Part shown: one piece after another, positions 36,834 through 46,021 of the stretch
Layout of the letters: every line of letters begins with the position of its first letter
How positions within the stretch are numbered: the stretch's first letter is position 1
DNA from: Fimbriimonadia bacterium
GTDB lineage: Bacteria; Armatimonadota; Fimbriimonadia; Fimbriimonadales; JABRVX01
Assembly (NCBI GenBank): GCA_041483895.1
Contig: JBGPGO010000015.1
Location: 6,526 to 70,525 of the forward strand
Length of the DNA stretch: 64,000 nt
Direction of reading: 5' to 3'
The notes under the pieces: generated by a model
Told to the model about the DNA's origin: nothing
The model's input: only the letters and a program-made list of their open reading frames with translations
Databases searched by the model: none
Position numbers and translations under genes: made by a program

Positions 36834-38000
36834 ATGTTGCCGCCCGACAAGTTGTCCTTTGTGGTAGACGTAGCCCATTGGAATCCGCCGCTTCCGACAA
36901 ACCCGAAGCATTTCACGTGGAACCTTGCTAGGCTGGGATACAAAGTTCTGGCAACGCTTTGGCAGGGTCCGCTTCCCGCCGCCAAGCGCTTCAACCCCTT
37001 CTGCTGGACCAACCAAGAACCGGAGGAGATGGAACCAAATCTCTGGCTCCTGCGTTATCAGTGGCCAATGTTGGAAAGGACCGCCTGGGGCGCGCGAATC
37101 AACAGCGGCGTCTACCGCCGAACCATTGAGAAGTCCGTTGCCGCGCTGGGCTTTGCAAACCAAACCTATTTTCTGCAGTTCACGCCGACCCACTTCGAAG
37201 CGGCGCTAGAAGCAAGCAAAACCTTCCCACTCATCTATCGCCCCATCGATGACTCCTCCATGGCCCCCATCTACCAGTCTCGGATCGATTATTGGCTTGC
37301 CGGCGAGAAGAAGATGCTCGAGCGCGCCGCGCTCATCGCCCCGCTCGGCAGGAAGGTCTACGACGCTCTGCAGGGCAAATACCCGCACGTGCGGCGAATA
37401 TCCACAGGAGTGGATTTCGCACTGTTCTCGGCGAAGCAGCCGGAACCGCAGGACATAAGTGAAATCCCCCATCCTCGCTTCGGATTCTGCGGCGCAATCG
37501 ATCGATATAAGATTGATTTCCGGTTGGTAGAGCGTTTGGCCGAACTCCGTCCCGATTGGAGTTGGGTGTATGTTGGCGCGATTGGAATGCAAGACGGCAC
37601 CACATTCGAATCCCTCCCCCATCGTCCAAACCTACACTATCTCGGAGCCAAGCCGCAGTCGGAGATTCCGGCCTATCTCCAACATTTCGACGTCGGAACC
37701 ATGCCGATGAACATCAACGACTACACGACAGGCATCAACCCATTGAAGCTGTATGAGAACTACGCCACCGGACTGCCCCTAGTGACAACGCCACTGCCAT
37801 TTGCTGTGGATGAGCCGACGGTGTATGTCGCCGAAAGCCCGGAACTGTTCATCACGCAGTGTGAAAAAGCGCTCGCGGACCGCCCGGAACAGTCACCCAA
37901 GCTGATTGAGTTGGCGCAAGCGAACGACTGGCGTCAGAGAGCTATCGAACTGCTGGAATTCATCGCGGAAACCGCGGAAGAGCGTAGCCAAGATACATAG
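36834..38000 (+). CDS. glycosyltransferase (GT-B, GT1/GT4-like)
   Basis: Start set at ATG 36834. The C-terminal half (FGFCGAIDRYKIDF...YLGAKPQSEIPAYLQHFDVGTMP...NPLKLYENYATGLPLVTTPL) is typical of the GT-B fold. Confidence 0.7.
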   Translation: MLPPDKLSFVVDVAHWNPPLPTNPKHFTWNLARLGYKVLATLWQGPLPAAKRFNPFCWTNQEPEEMEPNLWLLRYQWPMLERTAWGARINSGVYRRTIEKSVAALGFANQTYFLQFTPTHFEAALEASKTFPLIYRPIDDSSMAPIYQSRIDYWLAGEKKMLERAALIAPLGRKVYDALQGKYPHVRRISTGVDFALFSAKQPEPQDISEIPHPRFGFCGAIDRYKIDFRLVERLAELRPDWSWVYVGAIGMQDGTTFESLPHRPNLHYLGAKPQSEIPAYLQHFDVGTMPMNINDYTTGINPLKLYENYATGLPLVTTPLPFAVDEPTVYVAESPELFITQCEKALADRPEQSPKLIELAQANDWRQRAIELLEFIAETAEERSQDT

Positions 38001-38959
38001 GATTTGAGTCCGCGTTCCAACGGATATCCTGGACGGTAACCATACATCTCTTGCGCCTTCGAAATATCGGCCAGCGTTGTAGAAACATCGCCCAATTGCA
38101 ATGGCTGTTCGTCGAAGACTGGCGTCACTCCCATCTCAGCTCCAAGCAGCCTGATCAACTGATCGAGACTTGTCAATTTTCCGGCGCCAAGATTTATGAT
38201 CTGGTAACCAGCCGGCCGCTGCGCAATTCGAATGACACCATCGATGATATCATCGCAATACGTAAAGTCCCGTTGCATGGAACCATCCCCAAACATCGGC
38301 ACCGGCCTTCCCGCGCCGATCAAACGGGCAAACCTGGCGATCGCCATATCGGGTCGCTGTCGAGGACCGTAGGCGGTAAAGAAGCGAAGGCAGGAGGTTG
38401 GTAGGCTGTACAAAGCGTTCCAAGTTGCGCACAGCAGCTCGCCGGCCCGCTTCGTCGCGGCATACGGCGATATCGGCCGGTCCACATTGTTAGTTTCGCG
38501 GAACGGCACATCCACCCGATCTCCGTACACGCTGGAGCTGCTCGCGAAAACGAAGTGCCGTGCATTAATTCTTGTTGCAAGCTGCAGCATGTTTGCGGTT
38601 CCGGTAACGTTGACGTCGCAGTACTCGGAAGGTCTCTCGATGCTGGAACGGACCCCGGCATAGCCGGCCAGATGGGCAACGATATCGACCGGCATGGCGA
38701 ACACCGCTGCCATCGCATCCTGATTTCGGATGTCGGCCTCAATGAACGAAATGCGCTTCGCAAAGCAAGCCAGATTGGATCGCTTGATCCCAGGATCGTA
38801 AAATGGATCGAAGTTGTCGACGCCGATAACCGCGGCGCCCTCGTCCAAGAGCCGCTCGCACAAATGCGAGCCGAGGAACCCCGCCGCGCCGGTGACAAGC
38901 ACCGACGCTCCCTTCAGCGATATCGTCGCAGCGACTTCCATAGTGCATTCCCTATACAA
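37934..38959 (-). CDS. NAD-dependent sugar-nucleotide epimerase/dehydratase (extended SDR)
   Basis: VLVTGAAGFLGSHL Rossmann motif and the catalytic YAATK. Resembles UDP-glucuronate 4-epimerase. An alternative start at 38941 is possible. Confidence 0.88.
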   Translation of the reverse strand: MYRECTMEVAATISLKGASVLVTGAAGFLGSHLCERLLDEGAAVIGVDNFDPFYDPGIKRSNLACFAKRISFIEADIRNQDAMAAVFAMPVDIVAHLAGYAGVRSSIERPSEYCDVNVTGTANMLQLATRINARHFVFASSSSVYGDRVDVPFRETNNVDRPISPYAATKRAGELLCATWNALYSLPTSCLRFFTAYGPRQRPDMAIARFARLIGAGRPVPMFGDGSMQRDFTYCDDIIDGVIRIAQRPAGYQIINLGAGKLTSLDQLIRLLGAEMGVTPVFDEQPLQLGDVSTTLADISKAQEMYGYRPGYPLERGLKSYVSWLRSSAVSAMNSSSSIAL

Positions 38960-39122
38960 ATAGCAAACGATTAGCCAAATACTTCGCCTTTGTACCTACC
39001 ATCGCAATTATACACGACGAAATGGCGGAACAAGCTCCATTTCCCACGGATTTAGCTTACACCCCATCCGATGTCAGTGGCAGGGTATAGGCGGTGCGCA
39101 AAGAACTTTCGCCGTTACCGGT

Positions 39123-41633
39123 ATGCACGACCCAACCCTGATCGCCATACAACAAATCACAAAATTCTACGGCGGCGTGACCGCCTTGGGCGCCGTCTCC
39201 TTCGAAATCGCCAAAGGCGAGGTCCATGCCCTCTGTGGGGAAAACGGAGCCGGAAAATCGACGCTGAACAAGATACTCTCCGGGTCCCTCTTGCCCGACA
39301 GCGGGGAGATAACGGTGGAAAATCGCCCATTGCCAATGGGCAGCGTCCAGGCGTGCCAGGATAGGGGCATCAGCATCGTTCACCAGGAATCCACCGCATT
39401 CCTTCATCTCAACGCGATAGACAATATCTTTGTGGGCCGCGAGCTGACCGCGCCGGGGTGGGGGTTCTTCCGCAAGCTCTCCCTCCCCTTTGCGAGGAAC
39501 GAGCAAGGGGGAGGGGTGGGGTGGGGGTTCTTCCTCGATCGGCGGCAAATGGAACGAAAGACCCGCGAACTGATGCTGCGTCTCGGAGAAAGCCTCCCCA
39601 TCGACGTCCCCCTCCTCAACCTCACGACGGCGCAGCGTCAGATGGTCTCCATCGCCCGCGCGTTGGCTCGCGACTGCCGCCTGCTCATCATGGATGAACC
39701 GACCTCCTCCCTTTCCGCCAAGGAATCGGCGGCGCTCTTCCGCATCGTGCGTCAGCTAAGGTCCGAGGGCGTGAGCATCTTGTGGGTGACCCACCGCCTA
39801 GACGAGGTTTTCGAGCTGGCGGACCGAGTGACGGTTCTTCGAGACGGGAAATATGTCGGAACTCGGTCCATCGGCGAACTGGACCGAGCAGAGCTGATCC
39901 GGATGATGGTGGGTAGGGAGATGGCGACCATCACTGCTAGAGAATCCAACCCCGCCGAGATCGCGCTCACCGTAAAAGGGTTGAGCGGCCCGGCCTTCCA
40001 AGACGTTAACCTGACGGTGCGCGCTGGAGAGATCGTGGCGCTGGCGGGACTGGTAGGCGCCGGGCGCAGCGAGCTGGCCCGCGCGATCGCCGGCATCGAT
40101 TCCTATGACGCAGGAACGATCGAGGCCGAAGGGCGCGCGATATCCTACGTCCCGGAAGACCGGCAACACCAGGGCCTCGCGCTCCCCATGTCGATACGCG
40201 AGAACCTAACTCTGAGCGTTTTGCCTCGCATCGCCCCGCGGCATCTCCTCATTCGCGCAAGAGAGAATCAGGTCGCGCAACAGTATATGCAGGAGCTCGA
40301 CATACGCGCCGATTCGACTGCCCGCCCGGTCGAATCACTCTCAGGAGGCAACCAACAAAAGGTGCTCCTCGGCAAGTGGCTTGCCACCGATCCGCAAATC
40401 CTCATTCTCGACGAACCTACCCGTGGAATCGATGTCGGCGCGAAGGCAGAAATCCACCGTCACATTCGCGCGCTGGCCGACCGGGGCGTCGCTATTCTGC
40501 TTATCTCGTCGGAAATGCCGGAGGTGCTCGATCTCGCCGACCGCATCATCGTCCTCCGCGAGGGCCAAGTCGCCGGGGAGCTTTCCCGCAGCGAGGCAAC
40601 GCAGGAGAAACTTCTCGCTCTCTCCCTCCCCGACGAATCGGCGGAACAGAAAGCCGTCCAATCCAAAGAACCAATAGTCGACCGGTTGGCGCGGCAACGA
40701 GAGATCGGCGTCGGCGCCCTGGTGGCCCTCACGCTGATCGTCGTTTCCCTCGTCAACCCTCGCTTCCTTTCCATCGAAAACCTCCGCGATCTTCTCATCA
40801 ACGCGGCCCCAATCGCAATCGCCGCATGCGGAATGACGCTCGTAATCCTCGCCCGAGAAATCGATATCAGCATCGGCTCGCTGATGGGACTCAGCGCGGC
40901 GATTATGGGCATCATCGCCTCGCCGACGCGCATGGGCGGATCGGTGCCGCTCAGCATCGCGCTCGCGCTAGCCACCGGCCTGTCTATCGGCCTCCTCAAC
41001 GGAGCGCTGGTCGCCGTGGGCCGCGTTCCTTCCATCATCGTAACGCTCGGCATGCTGACTATCCTTCGCGGCGGTACTGATCTGCTGATGCGCGGGCAAT
41101 GGATCACCGACATCCCGCCCGGGCTTCGCGTGCTCGGAACGGGCTCCGTTCTGGGCGTGCCGATCAGCCTTTGGACCGCCGCGATCTGCCTGATATGCAC
41201 GGGATGGCTGCTCGCCCGCACCGCGCTCGGCCGCAGGATTGTCGCGCTCGGTTCCAACCCCCAGGCGGCTGTCTACGCGGGCATCTCCCCTACCCGAATC
41301 CGTCTGTTTGTATTTGCGTGCAGCGGTCTGCTAACGGCGATCGCGACGCTCGTTAGCGTTACGCGCCTATCCACCATCGAATCCGGAATCGGCGTCGGAT
41401 TTGAGCTGCTGGTCGTAACTTGCGTCGTGGTCGGCGGCACCTCGATTCGCGGCGGCCAAGGCAGCGTGCTCGGCTCCTTCTTCGGCACGTTGCTGCTCGG
41501 CAGCGTGGCGACCATGCTGATCTTCCTACGCCTGGGCGAGATGTCCACATACTGGGAAAGGGCGATCCAGGGAGCGTTTATCTTGGCGGCGGTGATGATG
41601 GACAACCTCGCGCGGCGGCGGGCGAAATCGTGA
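39123..41633 (+). CDS. sugar ABC transporter, fused ATPase (two NBDs) + permease
   Basis: Single 836-aa ORF. NBD1: GENGAGKST. NBD2: LSGGNQQKVLLGKWL, ILDEPTRGIDVGAK. Then an RbsC/AraH-like TM domain (GMTLVILAREIDISIGS...). Confidence 0.88.
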   Translation: MHDPTLIAIQQITKFYGGVTALGAVSFEIAKGEVHALCGENGAGKSTLNKILSGSLLPDSGEITVENRPLPMGSVQACQDRGISIVHQESTAFLHLNAIDNIFVGRELTAPGWGFFRKLSLPFARNEQGGGVGWGFFLDRRQMERKTRELMLRLGESLPIDVPLLNLTTAQRQMVSIARALARDCRLLIMDEPTSSLSAKESAALFRIVRQLRSEGVSILWVTHRLDEVFELADRVTVLRDGKYVGTRSIGELDRAELIRMMVGREMATITARESNPAEIALTVKGLSGPAFQDVNLTVRAGEIVALAGLVGAGRSELARAIAGIDSYDAGTIEAEGRAISYVPEDRQHQGLALPMSIRENLTLSVLPRIAPRHLLIRARENQVAQQYMQELDIRADSTARPVESLSGGNQQKVLLGKWLATDPQILILDEPTRGIDVGAKAEIHRHIRALADRGVAILLISSEMPEVLDLADRIIVLREGQVAGELSRSEATQEKLLALSLPDESAEQKAVQSKEPIVDRLARQREIGVGALVALTLIVVSLVNPRFLSIENLRDLLINAAPIAIAACGMTLVILAREIDISIGSLMGLSAAIMGIIASPTRMGGSVPLSIALALATGLSIGLLNGALVAVGRVPSIIVTLGMLTILRGGTDLLMRGQWITDIPPGLRVLGTGSVLGVPISLWTAAICLICTGWLLARTALGRRIVALGSNPQAAVYAGISPTRIRLFVFACSGLLTAIATLVSVTRLSTIESGIGVGFELLVVTCVVVGGTSIRGGQGSVLGSFFGTLLLGSVATMLIFLRLGEMSTYWERAIQGAFILAAVMMDNLARRRAKS
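39455..39534 (+). repeat. GC-rich hairpin repeat element lying in frame inside the ABC ATPase gene
   Basis: The 17-bp direct repeat GGGGTGGGGGTTCTTCC occurs at 39455-39471 and 39518-39534, exactly 63 bp (21 codons) apart. Between the copies is the hairpin CCCTCCCCTTTGC-N9-GCAAGGGGGAGGG. The G-rich arm plus TGGGGGTTCTTC recurs at 45935-45977 on the opposite strand. Confidence 0.75.
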
Positions 41634-42538
41634 AAGTTCGTCAGGAGATACTCTTAGGATTGCTTCTGGTCCTGCTAATGATAGTCGCTTGGCGCGTCGA
41701 CCCGGCGTTCGTTTCTTGGGAAGCGCAATCCCTGCTGGCATCCCACCTGTGGGAAACCGCCATCATGGCGGTCCCGATGACTCTAGTCATTCTGATCGGC
41801 GGCATCGATCTTTCGGTAGGGGCCATCCTCGCCGTGTCGGCTGTCGCGCTCGGATTGGCCTTCCAGCACGGACTGCCCCCGTACGCCGCCGCCATTCTCT
41901 CCGTGATCATCGGCGCCTTCCTTGGGCTCGCGAACGGCTGGCTCATCACGGGGCTCCGCGCGCAACCGCTCATCATCACCCTGGCGACATTGGCTGCCTA
42001 TCGGGGCATCGCGGAAGGCATCAGTCTCGCAAAGCCCAACTCCGGGTTCCCAGCGACATTTCTTGCGTTCGGATCGAGTTCCTTCGCCGCCATCGCGTTC
42101 GTCGTTCTGGCCGGAACCGCCGCCTTTATCCTGGCAAAAACCCCAACAGGACGCGCCATCTATGTCATGGGCCACAACGAAACGGTAGCGCGCTTCTCCC
42201 GCCTTCCCGTAGACCGAATCAAGCTCATTCTCTATGGATCCAGCGGAGCAGCGGCCGGGTTGGCCGGCGCGATCATGGTTGCCCGCCGCAACACCGCCAA
42301 AGCGGACCTGGGAGCCGGGATCGAGCTGGATGTGATCACCGCCGTCGTGCTCGGCGGCGTCAGCATCAACGGCGGAAAGGGCGGCATTTTCGGCCTGGTT
42401 CTCGGCCTATTCTTGGTCCATGAGACCCGCGAATTTGTGAGCTGGCGATGGCAGAAGGACGAGGTGGTCCTCATCGTCATCGGCCTCCTTCTCATCCTTT
42501 CCGTACTGTTGCAACGGTCGAAAACCGAGGACGGGTAG
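41630..42538 (+). CDS. sugar ABC transporter permease (RbsC/AraH family)
   Basis: GTG 41630 overlaps the upstream stop (GTGA). 302 aa, multi-TM, GGIDLSVGAILAV motif. Confidence 0.85.
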   Translation: MKVRQEILLGLLLVLLMIVAWRVDPAFVSWEAQSLLASHLWETAIMAVPMTLVILIGGIDLSVGAILAVSAVALGLAFQHGLPPYAAAILSVIIGAFLGLANGWLITGLRAQPLIITLATLAAYRGIAEGISLAKPNSGFPATFLAFGSSSFAAIAFVVLAGTAAFILAKTPTGRAIYVMGHNETVARFSRLPVDRIKLILYGSSGAAAGLAGAIMVARRNTAKADLGAGIELDVITAVVLGGVSINGGKGGIFGLVLGLFLVHETREFVSWRWQKDEVVLIVIGLLLILSVLLQRSKTEDG

Positions 42539-42548
42539 TATAGGTTCC

Positions 42549-43553
42549 ATGAAACGTTGTTGCGCACTGATTCTGCTGATCGCCCTGATCGGCTGTGGTC
42601 CCAAATCGGAAGACAAGGCGTCGTCCGACGGCGGCAAGAAGATTGTCATCGCCCTGCTGCCCAAAAAGAAGGGTGTTCCCTACTTTACCAGTTGCGACAA
42701 AGGCGCTGAGGAGGCCGCAAAGGAGCTGGGCGACGTGGAGCTGATCTACGACGGCCCGACGGACGGTTCACCAGAAAAGGCGGCCTCGATGATCGAGCAG
42801 TGGACCCTTAAGAAGGTAGACGTGATCGCGGTCTCGCCAAACGACGCCAGCGTGGTCGGTCCGGCAATGAAGGCGGCCCGCGCGAAGGGCATCCACGTTA
42901 TCACTTGGGACGCCGACGCGGCGCGGGATACGAGAGAAATGATGGTCAACCAAGGCACCGCCAAAGAGATCGGATACAAGCTGGTAGACGTGATGGCCCA
43001 AGACCTGGGTGGGGACGGGGCCTCCGGAGATGTGGCAATCGTCACGGCGGCAATTACCGCGCCAAACCAGACCGAATGGATCAAGTACATGAAGGAGCGA
43101 TTGCCAAACTATCCCGGGCTGAAGCTGGTCGATGTCAAGGCCTCGAACGAGGATCAGAAGCTCGCCTTTACCGTCACGCAGGACCTGATGAAGGCCTACC
43201 CAAACATCAAAGGGATTTTCGCCATCAGCTCCACGGCGTTCCCCGGCGCGGCGGAAGCCATCAAGCAGAGCGGGATGAGCGGCAAAGTGATGGTCACCGG
43301 CCTATCCACACCAAATGACATGCGCCAAGCGGTGAAGGACGGAACTGTCAAGTCGGTCGTGCTATGGAAGACCGAGGACCTCGGTTATCTGACCGTCATG
43401 GTAGCCCATGCGCTGGCAAAAGGCGATCTGACGCCCGAAGCCACAACATTCCACGCAGGCCGCCTGGGCGACCGGAAAATCGAGGGAGACAACGTTCTGC
43501 TGGGGGACCTGTTGGTGTTCACGAAGGACAATATAGACAACTATAAGTTCTGA
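42549..43553 (+). CDS. periplasmic sugar-binding lipoprotein (RbsB/RhaS/LsrB-like)
   Basis: Lipoprotein signal LILLIALIGC. KKIVIALLPKKKGVPYF, VDVIAVSPND and ITWDAD fit the type I periplasmic binding fold. Confidence 0.88.
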   Translation: MKRCCALILLIALIGCGPKSEDKASSDGGKKIVIALLPKKKGVPYFTSCDKGAEEAAKELGDVELIYDGPTDGSPEKAASMIEQWTLKKVDVIAVSPNDASVVGPAMKAARAKGIHVITWDADAARDTREMMVNQGTAKEIGYKLVDVMAQDLGGDGASGDVAIVTAAITAPNQTEWIKYMKERLPNYPGLKLVDVKASNEDQKLAFTVTQDLMKAYPNIKGIFAISSTAFPGAAEAIKQSGMSGKVMVTGLSTPNDMRQAVKDGTVKSVVLWKTEDLGYLTVMVAHALAKGDLTPEATTFHAGRLGDRKIEGDNVLLGDLLVFTKDNIDNYKF

Positions 43554-43580
43554 TCGAGCTTTTCCGCAATTATAAGAAAA

Positions 43581-43605
43581 CGAGGGGCACCTAACGTGCC
43601 CCTCG
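43581..43605. terminator. bidirectional hairpin between convergent genes
   Basis: CGAGGGGCAC-CTAAC-GTGCCCCTCG (10-bp perfect stem). The left flank is AAGAAAA, which gives a T-tract for the minus-strand PEP-CTERM transcript. Confidence 0.6.
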
Positions 43606-43633
43606 CTTGCATTCAACTGTCTTTCTCGAGTAC

Positions 43634-44374
43634 TTACTTCCGTCGTCGGCGAAGGCCGAAGAACCCAGCAAGCCCCATCCCGATCGCCGCAAACGTACTT
43701 GGCTCGGGAGACATGTAGATGTCGGCATCGAAGTTGGCGACCGGCGCGCCACCGAAGAAGTAGTAGCCCGGAAACCCGCCGCCGTTCAGGTCGTACCAAT
43801 AGTCATGGCTAAAGCCCGTAATCGGAAAGTCCGCCAAGATCCAGCCGGCGGTTGTGCTGCCACCTATTGACCAATCGAGGCACATCCATATATCAGAACC
43901 GGCGGCGAATTCGAAGCCGGTAAGATCTACGGTTATGTTCCACAAACCCGCACCGGGCAGCCCAATGCCGTAGGCAGCGAGCAACGGATTGCCGCCTCCG
44001 GGAGGTGCATCGCCGCCGCCAACGTTGTCGAAGAAGCCGACTGCAACGGCCTTCGTGCCGACACCAGTGAGCGGATCGCCCGGATCATAGTAGCTGAAGC
44101 GGAAGCCGTTCACCGAGCCGCCGGTCGTCATGTGAAGATCATCGCAAACGACCGACGAGAACGGAGTTCCGAAGCTATTTGCCGGGAAGTAGAATGTAGG
44201 AAAAGCGCCCGTCGAATAGGCTGTAACCGGTCCTAATTCCTGCGACGCGCCGCCCGACACGGAATAGTGATATTGCTGCTGAACGCCGCTTACGGTCCCA
44301 GGACCGCCGGCATTCGTTTGCCCAAAGCCAAACGCCGCAGCGGCGACGGCCAAGAGCGAGAGAGAAATGCGCAT
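43634..44374 (-). CDS. PEP-CTERM sorting-domain protein
   Basis: Start moved to ATG 44374 (AAGGAGA 7 nt upstream; signal MRISLSLLAVAAAAFGFGQ). C-terminal PEPSTFAAIGMGLAGFFGLRRRRK. Confidence 0.8.
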   Translation of the reverse strand: MRISLSLLAVAAAAFGFGQTNAGGPGTVSGVQQQYHYSVSGGASQELGPVTAYSTGAFPTFYFPANSFGTPFSSVVCDDLHMTTGGSVNGFRFSYYDPGDPLTGVGTKAVAVGFFDNVGGGDAPPGGGNPLLAAYGIGLPGAGLWNITVDLTGFEFAAGSDIWMCLDWSIGGSTTAGWILADFPITGFSHDYWYDLNGGGFPGYYFFGGAPVANFDADIYMSPEPSTFAAIGMGLAGFFGLRRRRK

Positions 44375-44683
44375 TACGTATCTCCTTTTGTCCGCATATC
44401 TCATCCAGCGTGAGAATCAAGTAAGCCATCCAGCGAACTAGGAGAACATGAAAAGCGATTGGATTGTACAGTAGATTTATCCGTATGGCAAGGACTTTAT
44501 TAAGATTTTCTTATGTTTGTAGGCTAGCTCTCAAATTTCGCCCGTACTTCAGCCCTCAATGGGGACAGCATGACATCGCCAGCCGCCCTCGGGAACAATC
44601 TTGGCCATCCCCCTTGGCCGTGACGGAGGGAACCTGCGGCCACGCATAGAATTCTGGATGAAAACAGCGCAGGTGGCAAACGA

Positions 44684-45784
44684 ATGAATGCGATGATTGT
44701 TGCGCTCGGGGTCGCCGCGATGGCGAACGCGAACGGAGGGGAGCTTTGGGGAATTATGCCTGACGGAAAGCTTGCTCACATGTACTCTTTGGACAACGGA
44801 ACCGGTTTGCGAGCGAAGATCACAGACTATGGCGCCACGCTCGTAAGCCTGGAATCAAAAGACCGGGCGGGCACATTCACCGATATCGTTCTCGGCTTCA
44901 ACGAGCTGGACCAGTATCGGAAGGATTCGCCCTATTTCGGCGCCATCGTCGGCCGGTACGGGAACCGGATCGCTCATGGAAGGTTCCGATTGGACGGCAA
45001 GGAGTACAAGCTCGCCACAAACAACAACCCCGGCGAAATCCCGTGCAGCCTGCACGGCGGCAACATCGGCTTCGACAAGGTTCTCTGGACCGCAAAAGAG
45101 ATTGGCAAAAACGCCCTGCAGCTGACATACGTGAGCAAGGATGGCGAGGAGGGCTATCCGGGCACGCTGAAAGTTACGGTCACCTACACACTGACACCTG
45201 CGAATGCCCTTCGCATCGAGTACAAAGCGACCGCAGATAGGGCCACGCCGATCAACCTCACTCATCACAGCTACTTCAACCTGAAGGGAGAAGGCGACGG
45301 CGACATTCTCGACCATGAGCTGATGCTGAACGCCAAGAAGATGACGCCGATAGACATTGGGTTGATCCCAACCGGAAGCATCACTTCGGTCAAGGGTACA
45401 CCGTTCGACTTCACATCGCCGCACCGGATTGGTGAACGCGTGGAAGCCAAGAACAAGCAGATTGAATATGGCAAGGGCTATGACCACAATTGGGTGATCA
45501 ATGGCGCGCCGGGCAAGATTCGTTTGGCCGCGAGGGCAAGCGAACCCAATTCCGGCCGCGTCATGGAAGTCTGGACCGACCAACCGGGCATCCAGTTCTA
45601 TTGCGGCAACTTCTTGGACGGCAAGATCGGCAAATCCGCCAAGCCCTATCCGTTCCGCAGCGGCTTCTGCCTGGAGACCCAGCACTATCCCGATTCGCCC
45701 AACCACAAGAACTTTCCGTCAACGATTCTGCGTCCGGGAAAGACCTACCACACCGTTACAGAGTATCGATTTTCTGCGAAATAA
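44684..45784 (+). CDS. galM: aldose 1-epimerase (galactose mutarotase)
   Basis: GAIVGRYGNRIAHGRFRLDGKEYKL..NN....LHGG..GFDKVLW and NLTHHSYFNL motifs. Signal-like N-terminus. Confidence 0.9.
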   Translation: MNAMIVALGVAAMANANGGELWGIMPDGKLAHMYSLDNGTGLRAKITDYGATLVSLESKDRAGTFTDIVLGFNELDQYRKDSPYFGAIVGRYGNRIAHGRFRLDGKEYKLATNNNPGEIPCSLHGGNIGFDKVLWTAKEIGKNALQLTYVSKDGEEGYPGTLKVTVTYTLTPANALRIEYKATADRATPINLTHHSYFNLKGEGDGDILDHELMLNAKKMTPIDIGLIPTGSITSVKGTPFDFTSPHRIGERVEAKNKQIEYGKGYDHNWVINGAPGKIRLAARASEPNSGRVMEVWTDQPGIQFYCGNFLDGKIGKSAKPYPFRSGFCLETQHYPDSPNHKNFPSTILRPGKTYHTVTEYRFSAK

Positions 45785-45934
45785 TCGATCGCTATCGGAA
45801 TCGGCCCTCTTCCCCCTTCGGCAATCCCGGCGGATGGCGTTCTTGTTGGGGCGGGCCGCCCTTTGGGGGAGGAGCATCCTTTACGCCGGGATTCGGCTCG
45901 CCACAGCCCATCAGGAAGGTGAGGAAGAAGAGTA

Positions 45935-45984
45935 GAAGAACCCCCACCCTCACCCTCCCCCGCAAGCGGGGGAGGGGATATTTT
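45935..45984 (+). terminator. rho-independent terminator-like hairpin; second copy of the GC-rich repeat
   Basis: CCCTCCCCCG-CAAG-CGGGGGAGGG (45953-45976), followed by GATATTTTAATAAT. It is preceded by GAAGAACCCCCACCCTCA, the reverse complement of the motif at 39518-39534. Confidence 0.6.
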
Positions 45985-46021
45985 AATAATGACGATCGCA
46001 TCGTCAAGCGCCTCGAGTACC

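Noticed and set aside
36771-37193. Upstream 141-codon extension of the GH38-like ORF, and the 36669-36833 extension of the GT ORF
   Set aside because: The two extensions overlap each other on opposite strands. A good signal peptide begins at ATG 36770, and the GT reads sensibly from ATG 36834, leaving a 63-bp divergent promoter gap.
44855-45706. 283-aa minus-strand ORF
   Set aside because: Antisense to galM.
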